Shown: one piece after another, positions 1 through 8,229 of the stretch
Position numbering within the stretch: position 1 is the stretch's first letter
How the letters are laid out: every line of letters begins with the position of its first letter
Virus record (IMG/VR): IMGVR_UViG_3300030099_006533
Strand: one strand, 5' to 3'
DNA length: 64,000 nt
DNA from: a virus
The notes under the pieces: generated by a model
The model's database searches: none
Told to the model about the DNA's origin: nothing
The model's input: only the letters and a program-made list of their open reading frames with translations
Program-made: the position numbers and the translations under genes

Positions 1-29
1 AATAAGCAAGAATCTTAATCATCGCAATC

Positions 30-111
30 GGCTGGGTGGTGGAATTGGTATACACAGCAGACTTAAAATCTGCCGCCGCAAGGATTGAGGGTTCGAGTCC
101 CTCCCCAGCTA
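30..111 (+). tRNA. trnL: tRNA-Leu(TAA)
   Basis: Acceptor GGCTGGG/CCCAGCT, anticodon arm GCAGA-CTTAAAA-TCTGC, long variable arm, T arm GAGGG-TTCGAGT-CCCTC; no encoded CCA. Confidence 0.95.
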
Positions 112-125
112 CTAACGCATGCGTA

Positions 126-139
126 TGTAAAACTTTTGC
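126..139 (+). repeat. 14-nt direct repeat TGTAAAACTTTTGC, copy 1
   Basis: Identical 14-mer at 126-139 and 362-375; imperfect palindrome. Confidence 0.85.
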
Positions 140-148
140 GAAAACGAT

Positions 149-221
149 GGGTCGTTAGCTCAATTGGTAGAGCATCGGACTTTTAATCCGCAGGTTCAGG
201 GTTCAAGTCCCTGACGACCCA
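149..221 (+). tRNA. trnK: tRNA-Lys(TTT)
   Basis: Acceptor GGGTCGT/ACGACCC, D arm GCTC/GAGC, loop CTTTTAA, T loop TTCAAGT; no encoded CCA. Confidence 0.95.
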
Positions 222-234
222 CAAAACATACGTT

Positions 235-355
235 GAGTTGATGGGCGGGCTGTGCATGCCTGAACGGCAGAGCAGCCTGGGCAATAGTGTAGAGCTTAGG
301 GGTTCAAAGCTATTTGCTAAACCGCCATGCCCTAACATGGCGGCCTCATCATCTC
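235..355 (+). ncRNA. Candidate structured ncRNA of unknown family (closing helix plus three hairpins)
   Basis: 235-245 pairs with 344-355; hairpin 247-278 (GGGCTG/CAGCCT, inner TGCC/GGCA); hairpin 281-317; perfect 8-bp hairpin CCGCCATG/CATGGCGG at 322-343; GC-rich, between two tRNAs. Confidence 0.6.
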
Positions 356-361
356 GTCATT

Positions 362-373
362 TGTAAAACTTTT

Positions 374-375
<2 letters not shown>
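362..375 (+). repeat. 14-nt direct repeat TGTAAAACTTTTGC, copy 2
   Basis: Identical to 126-139; its last two bases are the first two of tRNA-Arg. Confidence 0.85.
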
Positions 376-450
<75 letters not shown>

Positions 451-476
451 TTAACAACTAATACAAAGGAAAAAAC

Positions 477-989
477 GTGGGCTATCATTATGGAGACTTT
501 TTAGGCTACGGAAGGAATAGTAGAAATATGAGACGAACACCTTATGACACAGTTATGGTTAGCGGAGGATTTGATCCAATGCACATTGGCCATGTACGGA
601 TGATTCAGGAGGCTGCACGAGAGTTTGGCGAGGTCATTGTCGCCGTAAACTCAGATGATTGGCTTCTACGAAAGAAGGGGTATGTGTTTATGCCTTGGGA
701 AGAGCGCGCCGAAATTGCAAGGGCAATTCAGGGAGTAACCAAGGTTGTTGCATTTGACGACTCTGATAACACTGCTTGTGACGCAATTCGTACTCACAGG
801 CCGACTTTCTTTGCAAACGGAGGTGACCGTACTACGAACAATACACCTGAGCAAGCAGTATGTGAAGAAATCGGCGTGCAGATGGTGTGGGGCGTCGGCG
901 GAGGAAAAATTCAAAGTAGCAGTGAGCTGGTAAACGATTCATCAGGACACTTGCGAGTAAACGTTGAGGACTGGCCACATGGGGTATAA
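477..989 (+). CDS. Stand-alone cytidylyltransferase-like nucleotidyltransferase (HIGH family; TagD/RfaE-II/RibL-like)
   Basis: SGGFDPMHIGH, VAVNSD..L..KKG, NGGDR and SSS motifs; GTG start after AAGGA. Confidence 0.85.
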   Translation: MGYHYGDFLGYGRNSRNMRRTPYDTVMVSGGFDPMHIGHVRMIQEAAREFGEVIVAVNSDDWLLRKKGYVFMPWEERAEIARAIQGVTKVVAFDDSDNTACDAIRTHRPTFFANGGDRTTNNTPEQAVCEEIGVQMVWGVGGGKIQSSSELVNDSSGHLRVNVEDWPHGV

Positions 990-1470
990 GTATAAAGATA
1001 TGGTTTACAACAACATTCAAACTCTAGGCATTCCACCTGATTCTAAAGTAACTCTTCGATATCAAGAGACAGCAGATTGTTTTTTGATGAATGAGGATGA
1101 GGTTGAAACTGCAATTAACGAAACAAATGTTATTAGCAACGTTGCCAGTTTGTTGGCAACTCCAGGCCTAGAGTTTTCTACTAGTTGGCATGAAGATGTT
1201 TTAGGTTCTTTACGCGACGAGGGTTATTTAGACGACTATGATCGTGACGGAACCTTTGAAACCTATCTTGCTGAGGTCCTAGAAGAAAACTTTTACGATG
1301 TAGAGATTATTGAAAGCACAATTGAAAAGTATGATCATAAACGTGGCGCATGCACTCTTACTGCAGAATTAATTACTACAGTGGGTGATCTGTTAGAAGT
1401 CCGTCCATCTTTGTTTGGATGGCGCGCCGAGATTAAAAATGGTCAATCCGTTATTAGTTTAGAGGGTTGA
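979..1470 (+). CDS. Hypothetical acidic protein
   Basis: ORF 964..1470; ATG 979 with GAGGA RBS preferred; no motif recognised. Confidence 0.75.
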   Translation: MGYKYKDMVYNNIQTLGIPPDSKVTLRYQETADCFLMNEDEVETAINETNVISNVASLLATPGLEFSTSWHEDVLGSLRDEGYLDDYDRDGTFETYLAEVLEENFYDVEIIESTIEKYDHKRGACTLTAELITTVGDLLEVRPSLFGWRAEIKNGQSVISLEG

Positions 1471-1485
1471 TAAGGCAAATGGGGC

Positions 1486-1561
1486 TGAGGTGTAGTTCAA
1501 TTGGCAGAGCCCCGGGTTTTGATTCCGGCAGTTGTAGGTTCGAATCCTACCACCTCAACCA
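1486..1561 (+). tRNA. trnQ: tRNA-Gln(TTG)
   Basis: Acceptor TGAGGTG/CACCTCA (U1-A72), loop TTTTGAT, T loop TTCGAAT, CCA. Confidence 0.93.
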
Positions 1562-1577
1562 TAACAAAAAGTCGCGT

Positions 1578-1652
1578 GCTCGCATCGTCTAACGGTTAGG
1601 ACTCTGGTTTTTCATACCAGCAATCGGGGTTCGATTCCCCGTGCGAGTACCA
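1578..1652 (+). tRNA. trnE: tRNA-Glu(TTC)
   Basis: Acceptor GCTCGCA/TGCGAGT, anticodon arm CTGGT-TTTTCAT-ACCAG, T arm CGGGG-TTCGATT-CCCCG, CCA. Confidence 0.93.
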
Positions 1653-1656
1653 ATAA

Positions 1657-1732
1657 TCCCCGATAGCTCAGTTGGTAGAGCAAGCGGCTGTTAACCGCTG
1701 GGTCACAGGTTCGAGTCCTGTTCGGGGAGCCA
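1657..1732 (+). tRNA. trnN: tRNA-Asn(GTT)
   Basis: Acceptor TCCCCGA/TCGGGGA, anticodon arm AGCGG-CTGTTAA-CCGCT, CCA. Confidence 0.96.
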
Positions 1733-1775
1733 TTTCACTGGTCCAGTATTTAATTGAGTGACTAAATAATTTTGC

Positions 1776-2063
1776 ATGGATTTGTACGAATACATAATGG
1801 AAGACGGAGTAGAGACATATCACTACTACTATTCTTATGAAGAAAAACCAGATGTTGTTATTTCAAACTTTATGAAAGGAACAACCGAAAGTAACATTTC
1901 GATAGTGGATGTATTCCCAGAGCCAAATATAATTTCAATCAAACTAGCAGAACCATTACAAATTAATACAGTATCAAAAATTCCGATGTTTTTACCAGAA
2001 GGGTTTTCAGTTACAATTCACACAATGTTCCGAGTATTATTTGAATATATTTCAAGTGAGTAA
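1776..2063 (+). CDS. Hypothetical protein
   Basis: 95-aa ORF filling the gap between tRNA-Asn and tRNA-Thr. Confidence 0.6.
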   Translation: MDLYEYIMEDGVETYHYYYSYEEKPDVVISNFMKGTTESNISIVDVFPEPNIISIKLAEPLQINTVSKIPMFLPEGFSVTIHTMFRVLFEYISSE

Positions 2064-2070
2064 AGATTAT

Positions 2071-2146
2071 GCCTCTGTAGCTCAATTGGTAGAGCAACTG
2101 ATTTGTAATCAGTAGGTTGTAGGTTCAAGTCCTATCAGAGGCTCCA
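2071..2146 (+). tRNA. trnT: tRNA-Thr(TGT)
   Basis: Acceptor GCCTCTG/CAGAGGC, anticodon arm ACTGA-TTTGTAA-TCAGT, CCA. Confidence 0.96.
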
Positions 2147-2203
2147 CTTTTTAAAACTCACGCCTACCTATCTCTGAGGGTGTTTTCTAACGGAGGTGTG
2201 AGA

Positions 2204-2791
2204 ATGAATAAAGTATTTTTAATTTTGGCCACGCTATTGATGGCCTGTGGGCCAGCTGAGTTAATAACCAGCGAGGAACCACCACCCGCTCCAGATCCAC
2301 ACGCTGAAACAATCGGGTTTATCGAAACTGAAGAGTGCGGATGGGCAATTGGCGATGCAGCCTGTGACTTTCAACTGTTAGATCAAGATGAAAGTTATTG
2401 GAGAATGTCGGATTATTTGGGCGAAGTTGTCTTAATAGACTTATCCGCAATGTGGTGCGGCCCATGTAACGCAGCCGCAATGACAACACAGACAATTCAA
2501 GAACAATATGAAGATCAGGGGTTTCAATATGTTACAATCCTTATTGCTGATTTACAAAATGAAGCTGTTGAAATTGAAGATGTAAGTCTCTGGGTAAATT
2601 CATACGGAATGACAACTGCCCCGGTACTTCAAGGAAATAGAGACTTGTTGCAAACAGCCGCTACACCTCATGGTTTTCCAGTACAAAGTTGGCCAACATT
2701 TATACTGGTCGACCGTTCTGGTATGGTTGTTTTTGGCCTACGAGGATATAGCCAAGAGTGGTTAATTCAAGAAATTGAAACAAATCTATAA
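2204..2791 (+). CDS. TlpA/ResA-like thioredoxin-fold lipoprotein
   Basis: GGAGG RBS before ATG 2204; signal peptide MNKVFLILATLLMA-C with lipobox; DFQL, AMWCGPC (CxxC), cis-Pro WPTFILVD. Confidence 0.85.
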   Translation: MNKVFLILATLLMACGPAELITSEEPPPAPDPHAETIGFIETEECGWAIGDAACDFQLLDQDESYWRMSDYLGEVVLIDLSAMWCGPCNAAAMTTQTIQEQYEDQGFQYVTILIADLQNEAVEIEDVSLWVNSYGMTTAPVLQGNRDLLQTAATPHGFPVQSWPTFILVDRSGMVVFGLRGYSQEWLIQEIETNL

Positions 2792-2872
2792 AAGAATGTG
2801 ATACCTTGAAAAAGTGGATAATCCACAAATTCACTATATATTAGTAGACAGTCAGGAGTGATTCTCTAACTG

Positions 2873-4240
2873 ATGAGAAAAAAGAATTATATTGTAGATA
2901 CTAGCGTGTATCTCACCAATGCCGAGGCAGTTTTTGATTTCGGACGACATGACATCATCGTACCTTTTAAAGTATTAGAAGAAGTCGACAAACATAAAAA
3001 AAGACAAGATCCGGTTGGCTCTCAAGCGCGTAAGTTTATTCGAATTTTAGATCAACTTCGTGAGAAAGGCTCTCTTGAGAAAGGGGTTCGTATTGATAAG
3101 GGCTTGGGCCTGTTATATACTCGCGGCCGCGGCTCAACAGACACATCTCTGCTACACCCGGATCTCGATCCTTCAGTGCCGGATCATGTGATTATTTCTA
3201 CTGCACTTACTGTAGCATCAGAAGACTCTTCACGGAAAACTATACTTGTTTCTCGTGACATTAACATGCGAGTTATTTGTGATGCTATTGGAATGCCAGC
3301 AGAAGATTATGTTGCAACCAAAGCGGTACAGGAACTAGAGCAGTTATATGCAGGTTTTGAAACTTATCTTGTAGATGATCAAACGGTAGATCAATTTTAT
3401 GCCGGTGACGAAGTATTTGTAGAGGACGAAGACTCAAAAAGGTTTTTTCCGAACCAATACTTGATGCTAGTTTCGAATGCTAATGAGAAAAAGTCCGCTC
3501 TTGCAAGATTTGTTTCTGAAAATACTCCTTTAAAAAAGTTGGTTCACGACAAACTACCTCTTTGGGGGGTCAGTGCCAGAAACAAGGAGCAGGCCTTCGG
3601 TATTGATTTGCTGATGGATCCCAGTGTCGAAGTTGTGTCCTTGATTGGCAAAGCCGGCTCCGGCAAAACGCTCTGTGCGCTCGCTGCAGGCCTTGAACAA
3701 GTTCTAGGGTCTGGTCTTCCTGCCAAGAGCACCCGAAGCCGCCACAACGCGCCTGAGCAGCGCTATACACGCATGATTGTCTCACGGCCTATCATGCCAA
3801 TGGGGAGGGACATTGGATTCCTTCCGGGCACGATGGAAGAAAAAATGCATCCATGGTTAATGCCGATTCAAGATAACCTACAATTTCTTGTAGGAAATGA
3901 TAGAATTATGTTAGAACAATACATGGAAAAGGGAATGATTGAAATTGAAGCACTGACTTATATTAGAGGTCGTTCAATTTCAAATGCGTACATAATTATT
4001 GATGAGGCGCAGAATTTAACTGCGCACGAAATCAAAACTATTATCACGCGTGCTGGTGAAGGCACAAAAATCGTTCTAACAGGCGATATTGAACAGATTG
4101 ATAATGCATATACAGATGAGACTTCTAACGGTCTTGCATATGCAATCGAAAAGTTTAAGTTTTATGATCTGTCAGGTCATATCACGCTTCGAAAGGGAGA
4201 GCGCTCAAAAGTTGCAACACTAGCCGCGAAAATTCTATAA
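2873..4240 (+). CDS. phoH: PhoH-family ATPase with N-terminal PIN domain (PhoH2/YlaK-like)
   Basis: PIN motifs YIVDTSV, VLEEVDKHK, LVSRDINMR; Walker A GKAGSGKT; GFLPG; RGRS; IIDEAQN; TGDIEQID. Confidence 0.95.
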   Translation: MRKKNYIVDTSVYLTNAEAVFDFGRHDIIVPFKVLEEVDKHKKRQDPVGSQARKFIRILDQLREKGSLEKGVRIDKGLGLLYTRGRGSTDTSLLHPDLDPSVPDHVIISTALTVASEDSSRKTILVSRDINMRVICDAIGMPAEDYVATKAVQELEQLYAGFETYLVDDQTVDQFYAGDEVFVEDEDSKRFFPNQYLMLVSNANEKKSALARFVSENTPLKKLVHDKLPLWGVSARNKEQAFGIDLLMDPSVEVVSLIGKAGSGKTLCALAAGLEQVLGSGLPAKSTRSRHNAPEQRYTRMIVSRPIMPMGRDIGFLPGTMEEKMHPWLMPIQDNLQFLVGNDRIMLEQYMEKGMIEIEALTYIRGRSISNAYIIIDEAQNLTAHEIKTIITRAGEGTKIVLTGDIEQIDNAYTDETSNGLAYAIEKFKFYDLSGHITLRKGERSKVATLAAKIL

Positions 4241-4251
4241 GGATTAGGCCG

Positions 4252-4749
4252 GTGGAAATTAGAATCGCCTTTTACAAGGGAAAAGGCAATTGGAAAAATA
4301 AGGTAATTCGGTGGTGGACGAAAAGTCCGTACAGCCATGCAGAGCTAGTATTGCCAGATGAGATTACCTGGGTGAGTATTTCACCATTCCTTACTTCTAC
4401 CGTGTCAGCAAGATCTGTTTATCAAGTTAAAAATTTAGAAGATTGGGACTTTTTAGATTTTGAATTAAGTTGGAGAGGCCCTGTTCAAGAATACCAAATT
4501 GAACAATTACATCATTTTATACAAGAAACAAATGGAGCAAAATACGACTGGCTAGGAATGATACTATCTCAAATGCTCCCTTACCTAATAAAACATAGAG
4601 ATAAGTGGTACTGCTCTGAGTGGATTGCACACGCGCTAGTAAAAGCCAGAGTCGTTAAATGGGACAAACTGCCAATCTACAAAACACCTAATTTGTCGCC
4701 CGGCAAGCTGTACGATCTACTAAAAGACTACAAACCAGACTACAAATAG
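4252..4749 (+). CDS. Permuted papain-like (NlpC/P60, YiiX-like) cysteine amidase
   Basis: His before Cys: YSHAELV ... GAKYDW ... WYCSEWIA ... SPGKL. Confidence 0.7.
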   Translation: MEIRIAFYKGKGNWKNKVIRWWTKSPYSHAELVLPDEITWVSISPFLTSTVSARSVYQVKNLEDWDFLDFELSWRGPVQEYQIEQLHHFIQETNGAKYDWLGMILSQMLPYLIKHRDKWYCSEWIAHALVKARVVKWDKLPIYKTPNLSPGKLYDLLKDYKPDYK

Positions 4750-4770
4750 ATTATACTTAAAATAAATCTC

Positions 4771-4798
4771 TTGACTTTTAGTTCAAGTATGTTATATT
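4771..4798 (+). promoter_or_regulatory. Sigma70-type promoter with extended -10
   Basis: TTGACT (4771-4776), 16-nt spacer, TGn-TATATT (4793-4798); intergenic, RBS AAGGA downstream. Confidence 0.7.
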
Positions 4799-4816
4799 AA
4801 ACAATAAGGAATAATA

Positions 4817-5134
4817 ATGACAATTCATCAAAACATGTTTGACAACGCACAAAAAGAAAAAATTGATGCTGCTTTTGAAAATGAGCAGCCATGGCCTGAA
4901 GGTCCTTTAAAAGACCTTCTTTTGGAATATGTTGGTACAAAGAAAGAAACAGAAGAAGTAACTGTTGAAATGATTGTTGAGCAGCTAGCCGAAGAGTTTC
5001 CTGAGTTTTTGATGGTAGTAGCAGAAGAAAATTGGATCAGAGGATACCAACAGGCAATCCATGATGTTGACCAGGGACAAAAAATGTTAGCTGAGCAAGC
5101 TAAAGAAAACAAAGCGTGTTTGAATGAAGGATGA
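4817..5134 (+). CDS. Hypothetical protein
   Basis: 105-aa ORF with RBS, first gene after the sigma70 promoter. Confidence 0.8.
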   Translation: MTIHQNMFDNAQKEKIDAAFENEQPWPEGPLKDLLLEYVGTKKETEEVTVEMIVEQLAEEFPEFLMVVAEENWIRGYQQAIHDVDQGQKMLAEQAKENKACLNEG

Positions 5135-5840
5135 AAATACTGCTAATGGTTTAGTTGGTTACATTAAGAAAACTCTAGAAGAGTCAGCTAAGACCCGAAG
5201 AGAATATAGCCTATACGGTACATCGTATGTGTATGTACAGGATTTTTTGCCTGATAACGTAAACGTGGTTGATGTGCTACAAACGATAGAAGACATTGTC
5301 CCGGGCCACATGGTAAAAGAAGTGGACACTATTTTTATTGGAGATTACCAACATCTAAAAGATAAAGCCGTCACAGCCATGTATGATTCAGGCGCGATTT
5401 ATATTTCTAATGAACAAAAAAGCAATGATGATATGGTTGACGATTTAGTGCATGAGATTGCTCATTCATTGGAGCAGCCATACGGGTATGCTATTTATTC
5501 TGATGGTGTAGTAGAAAAAGAATTCTTAGGCAAGCGAATGAAAATGTATGAATTGCTTTCTGCTTACAACTTCGTATCACAAAATAGCAAATCTGCATTT
5601 ATGCAGGTAGAATATGATCATTATTTTGATGAGTTGTTGTATAAAAAAATTGGGTACGAGAGACTAGCCCAATTACTCGTAGGTGTCTATACTACACCAT
5701 ATGCAGCGACCTCGCTGCGCGAATATTTTGCCACAGGATTTGAAGATTATTTTCTTCATGATGGGGAATATCTTAAAAAAATTAGTCCAAGATTGTTTAA
5801 TAAGATTGACAAATTAGTAAAAGGAGTGTATGATGGATAA
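5124..5840 (+). CDS. Putative zincin metallopeptidase (HExxH; MtfA/lethal-factor-like C-terminus)
   Basis: LVHEIAH, and YAATSLREYFATGFEDYF supplying a third-ligand Glu. Confidence 0.65.
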   Translation: MKDENTANGLVGYIKKTLEESAKTRREYSLYGTSYVYVQDFLPDNVNVVDVLQTIEDIVPGHMVKEVDTIFIGDYQHLKDKAVTAMYDSGAIYISNEQKSNDDMVDDLVHEIAHSLEQPYGYAIYSDGVVEKEFLGKRMKMYELLSAYNFVSQNSKSAFMQVEYDHYFDELLYKKIGYERLAQLLVGVYTTPYAATSLREYFATGFEDYFLHDGEYLKKISPRLFNKIDKLVKGVYDG

Positions 5841-6165
5841 TAATGTTGTTACAATTGAATTTAATGAATCCAACAATGTCGCGGTTCTACAGGTGTCGTT
5901 GAAAGAATATAACCCGAGAGAAGATGTCCCAAAAGCTACATTTGGGATTAACGATGCAATTGCTGCAGCGCGCCAAAAGTACGGACAAAAACTTGCAGAG
6001 CCGCTTGTGGCCCTAGAGTCCACAACGCTAGACAATAGGCCGCAGCCCGGGCGAAGAAACTTGTTTGGAACGTTTAGGTTTGAAATGAAGCCTAGGACCG
6101 TAAAGCAACGAAGAACATCAAAGACTACAAGAAGTAGAAAAACCAAGAACAACACAACGGAATAG
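5830..6165 (+). CDS. Hypothetical protein with basic C-terminus
   Basis: AGGAG RBS, overlaps upstream stop; start may be 5833. Confidence 0.7.
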   Translation: MMDNNVVTIEFNESNNVAVLQVSLKEYNPREDVPKATFGINDAIAAARQKYGQKLAEPLVALESTTLDNRPQPGRRNLFGTFRFEMKPRTVKQRRTSKTTRSRKTKNNTTE

Positions 6166-6172
6166 AATCAAT

Positions 6173-6946
6173 ATGAAGCCACATATTTCATTTAGTGAAC
6201 TCAAAGATTGGAATACATGCGCATTTTATCACAAGCTTGTGCATCATGATAAACTAAAAGGTTTTGTTGGTAACGAGTACACTGCTTTTGGAAGCGCTAT
6301 TCATACTATTTGTGAAAAAAAGCTGCTTTCAACAGTCACTATTCCTGAAGAAGAGTTGTTCATTATGGAAGTCGAGAAGGAAGTAGAAAAGCTTCTTTCA
6401 GATTCCGTACAGGTAAATGACAAGTTGATTTTTGATCTAAAGCGGCAAGGCACAAAGATTCTTCCGCAGATTGAGCCGGCCTTAAAGGAGTATTTTCCAG
6501 ATGGATATGAAATTCTTACAACTGAAGAAGAGCTTATGGTTCCGATTGAAGGAAGCCCCAAAAAATTTAAAGGATTTATTGATGTTGTACTTCGGACCCC
6601 CGATGGCAAAATTCACGTTATTGACTGGAAATCCTGCTCTTGGGGATGGGATGCTCGTAAGCGCGCTGATCCTATGGTTGTATATCAGCTAATTTTTTAC
6701 AAGCACTTTTACGCGTTAAAGCATGGACTTGATCCTGCAAATATTGAAACGCACTTTGCACTTCTAAAGCGCACCGCTAAAGAAAAGAATGTCGAATTCT
6801 TTAGAGTAACTTCTGGCCCAAAAAGAACAGAAAATGCTCTAAAACTTTTACAAAAAGCTTTGTATAATATTACAAATTCTCGATTTATCAAGAATAAGAG
6901 TTCATGTTCGCGCTGTGCTTTTAAAAATACTGAGCACTGTCCGTGA
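6173..6946 (+). CDS. PD-(D/E)xK nuclease, Cas4/AddB-like with Fe-S staple cysteines
   Basis: ISFSEL..W..C, GSAIH, GFID...IDWKS, YQL..Y, C-terminal CSRC-x7-C. Confidence 0.85.
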   Translation: MKPHISFSELKDWNTCAFYHKLVHHDKLKGFVGNEYTAFGSAIHTICEKKLLSTVTIPEEELFIMEVEKEVEKLLSDSVQVNDKLIFDLKRQGTKILPQIEPALKEYFPDGYEILTTEEELMVPIEGSPKKFKGFIDVVLRTPDGKIHVIDWKSCSWGWDARKRADPMVVYQLIFYKHFYALKHGLDPANIETHFALLKRTAKEKNVEFFRVTSGPKRTENALKLLQKALYNITNSRFIKNKSSCSRCAFKNTEHCP

Positions 6947-6963
6947 TAAAGGAGTAACAAAAC

Positions 6964-8229
6964 GTGACAAAAAAGACAATTCTGACAATGTCAGATCACC
7001 CGCTTAGCCCTAGTGGAGTAGGGACGCAGACAAATTATGTACTGCAAGCGTTGTTGGAAACTGGCCGCTATCGAGTAATTTCACTCGGAGGCGCTATCAA
7101 GCACAATGACTATACTCCACAAAAGATTGAACCATACGCAGATGATTGGGTGGTTTTTCCGATTGATGGATATGGAAATCCTGAGATCCTAAGATCAATT
7201 CTTAGAACTGAGCGCCCTGATCTAGTATGGTTCATGACAGACCCGCGATTTTATCAGTGGCTATGGGAAATGGAAGACGAAGTTCGCTCTCTATGTCCTA
7301 TGTTATACTATCATGTATGGGATAACTACCCTTATCCAAAGTTTAACAAGGTGTGGTACGAATCCAATGATGTGATTGCTTCTATTTCAAAAGTAACTCA
7401 CGATATTGTGCAAACCGTTGCGCCTAGTGTAGATGCACATTATGTACCTCATGCAGTAGCCGAACAAATTTTTAAGCCACTACCGCCAGAGCAAGTGGCC
7501 ACATACGCAGAAACTGTTTTGCGCGCGGGTGATGTTTGGCAAGATAAGTTAACGTTTTTCTGGAACAACCGTAATGCTCGTCGCAAGCAAAGCGGTTCAC
7601 TTATTTGTTGGTTTAAAGAATTTTTAGATATTGTCGGACACGACAAGGCAAGGTTGATTATGCACACGGATCCAAAAGATCCTAATGGTCAAGATCTAAA
7701 TGCAATCTTAAACAACTTAGGTCTCGTAAATGGAGAGGTCTACTTGTCAGTAGCAAAGGTTCCGCCTGAGCAGATGGCGCTTTATTATAATATGGCAGAC
7801 TGCACCATCAATATCTCAGATGCTGAAGGGTTCGGCTTGGCAACTCTTGAATCATTGTCTTGCGGAACCCCAATCATCGTAAATATGACTGGCGGCCTAC
7901 AGGAACAGGTAACAGATGGTGAAAACTGGTTTGGAATCGGTCTAGAGCCAACAAGTAAGTCAATTATTGGTTCACAACAGGTGCCTTACATCTATGAAGA
8001 TCGTCTTGATGCTGCATCAGTGGTAGGCGCTCTAAAGAAGATGTATGATATGACACCCGAAGAGCGCGCCATGTTAGGTCTTCAAGGAAGAAGCCATGTA
8101 TCGACAAACTACGGGTTTTCTGCTTTTAAAAAGCAATGGGTCGACTTAGTAGATCAAACAGTTGAAAAGTACGGCTCATGGGATACACGAAAAGGCTACC
8201 AGTCTTGGGACTTTATGGAGATTAAATAA
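6964..8229 (+). CDS. Glycosyltransferase, GT4 (GT-B)
   Basis: SDHP..PSGVGTQ, NNRNARRKQ, EGFGLATLES (E-x7-E). Confidence 0.92.
   Translation: MTKKTILTMSDHPLSPSGVGTQTNYVLQALLETGRYRVISLGGAIKHNDYTPQKIEPYADDWVVFPIDGYGNPEILRSILRTERPDLVWFMTDPRFYQWLWEMEDEVRSLCPMLYYHVWDNYPYPKFNKVWYESNDVIASISKVTHDIVQTVAPSVDAHYVPHAVAEQIFKPLPPEQVATYAETVLRAGDVWQDKLTFFWNNRNARRKQSGSLICWFKEFLDIVGHDKARLIMHTDPKDPNGQDLNAILNNLGLVNGEVYLSVAKVPPEQMALYYNMADCTINISDAEGFGLATLESLSCGTPIIVNMTGGLQEQVTDGENWFGIGLEPTSKSIIGSQQVPYIYEDRLDAASVVGALKKMYDMTPEERAMLGLQGRSHVSTNYGFSAFKKQWVDLVDQTVEKYGSWDTRKGYQSWDFMEIK

Noticed and set aside
235-355. Identifying the structured RNA as 5S rRNA, SRP RNA, tmRNA or a suppressor tRNA
   Set aside because: Only short resemblances (CATGCCTGAAC to 5S loop C, AGCAGCC to SRP, CTA in a loop). 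The branch number is wrong for 5S, the SRP CAGG/GNRA elements are absent, it is too short for tmRNA, and it has no U33 or CCA.
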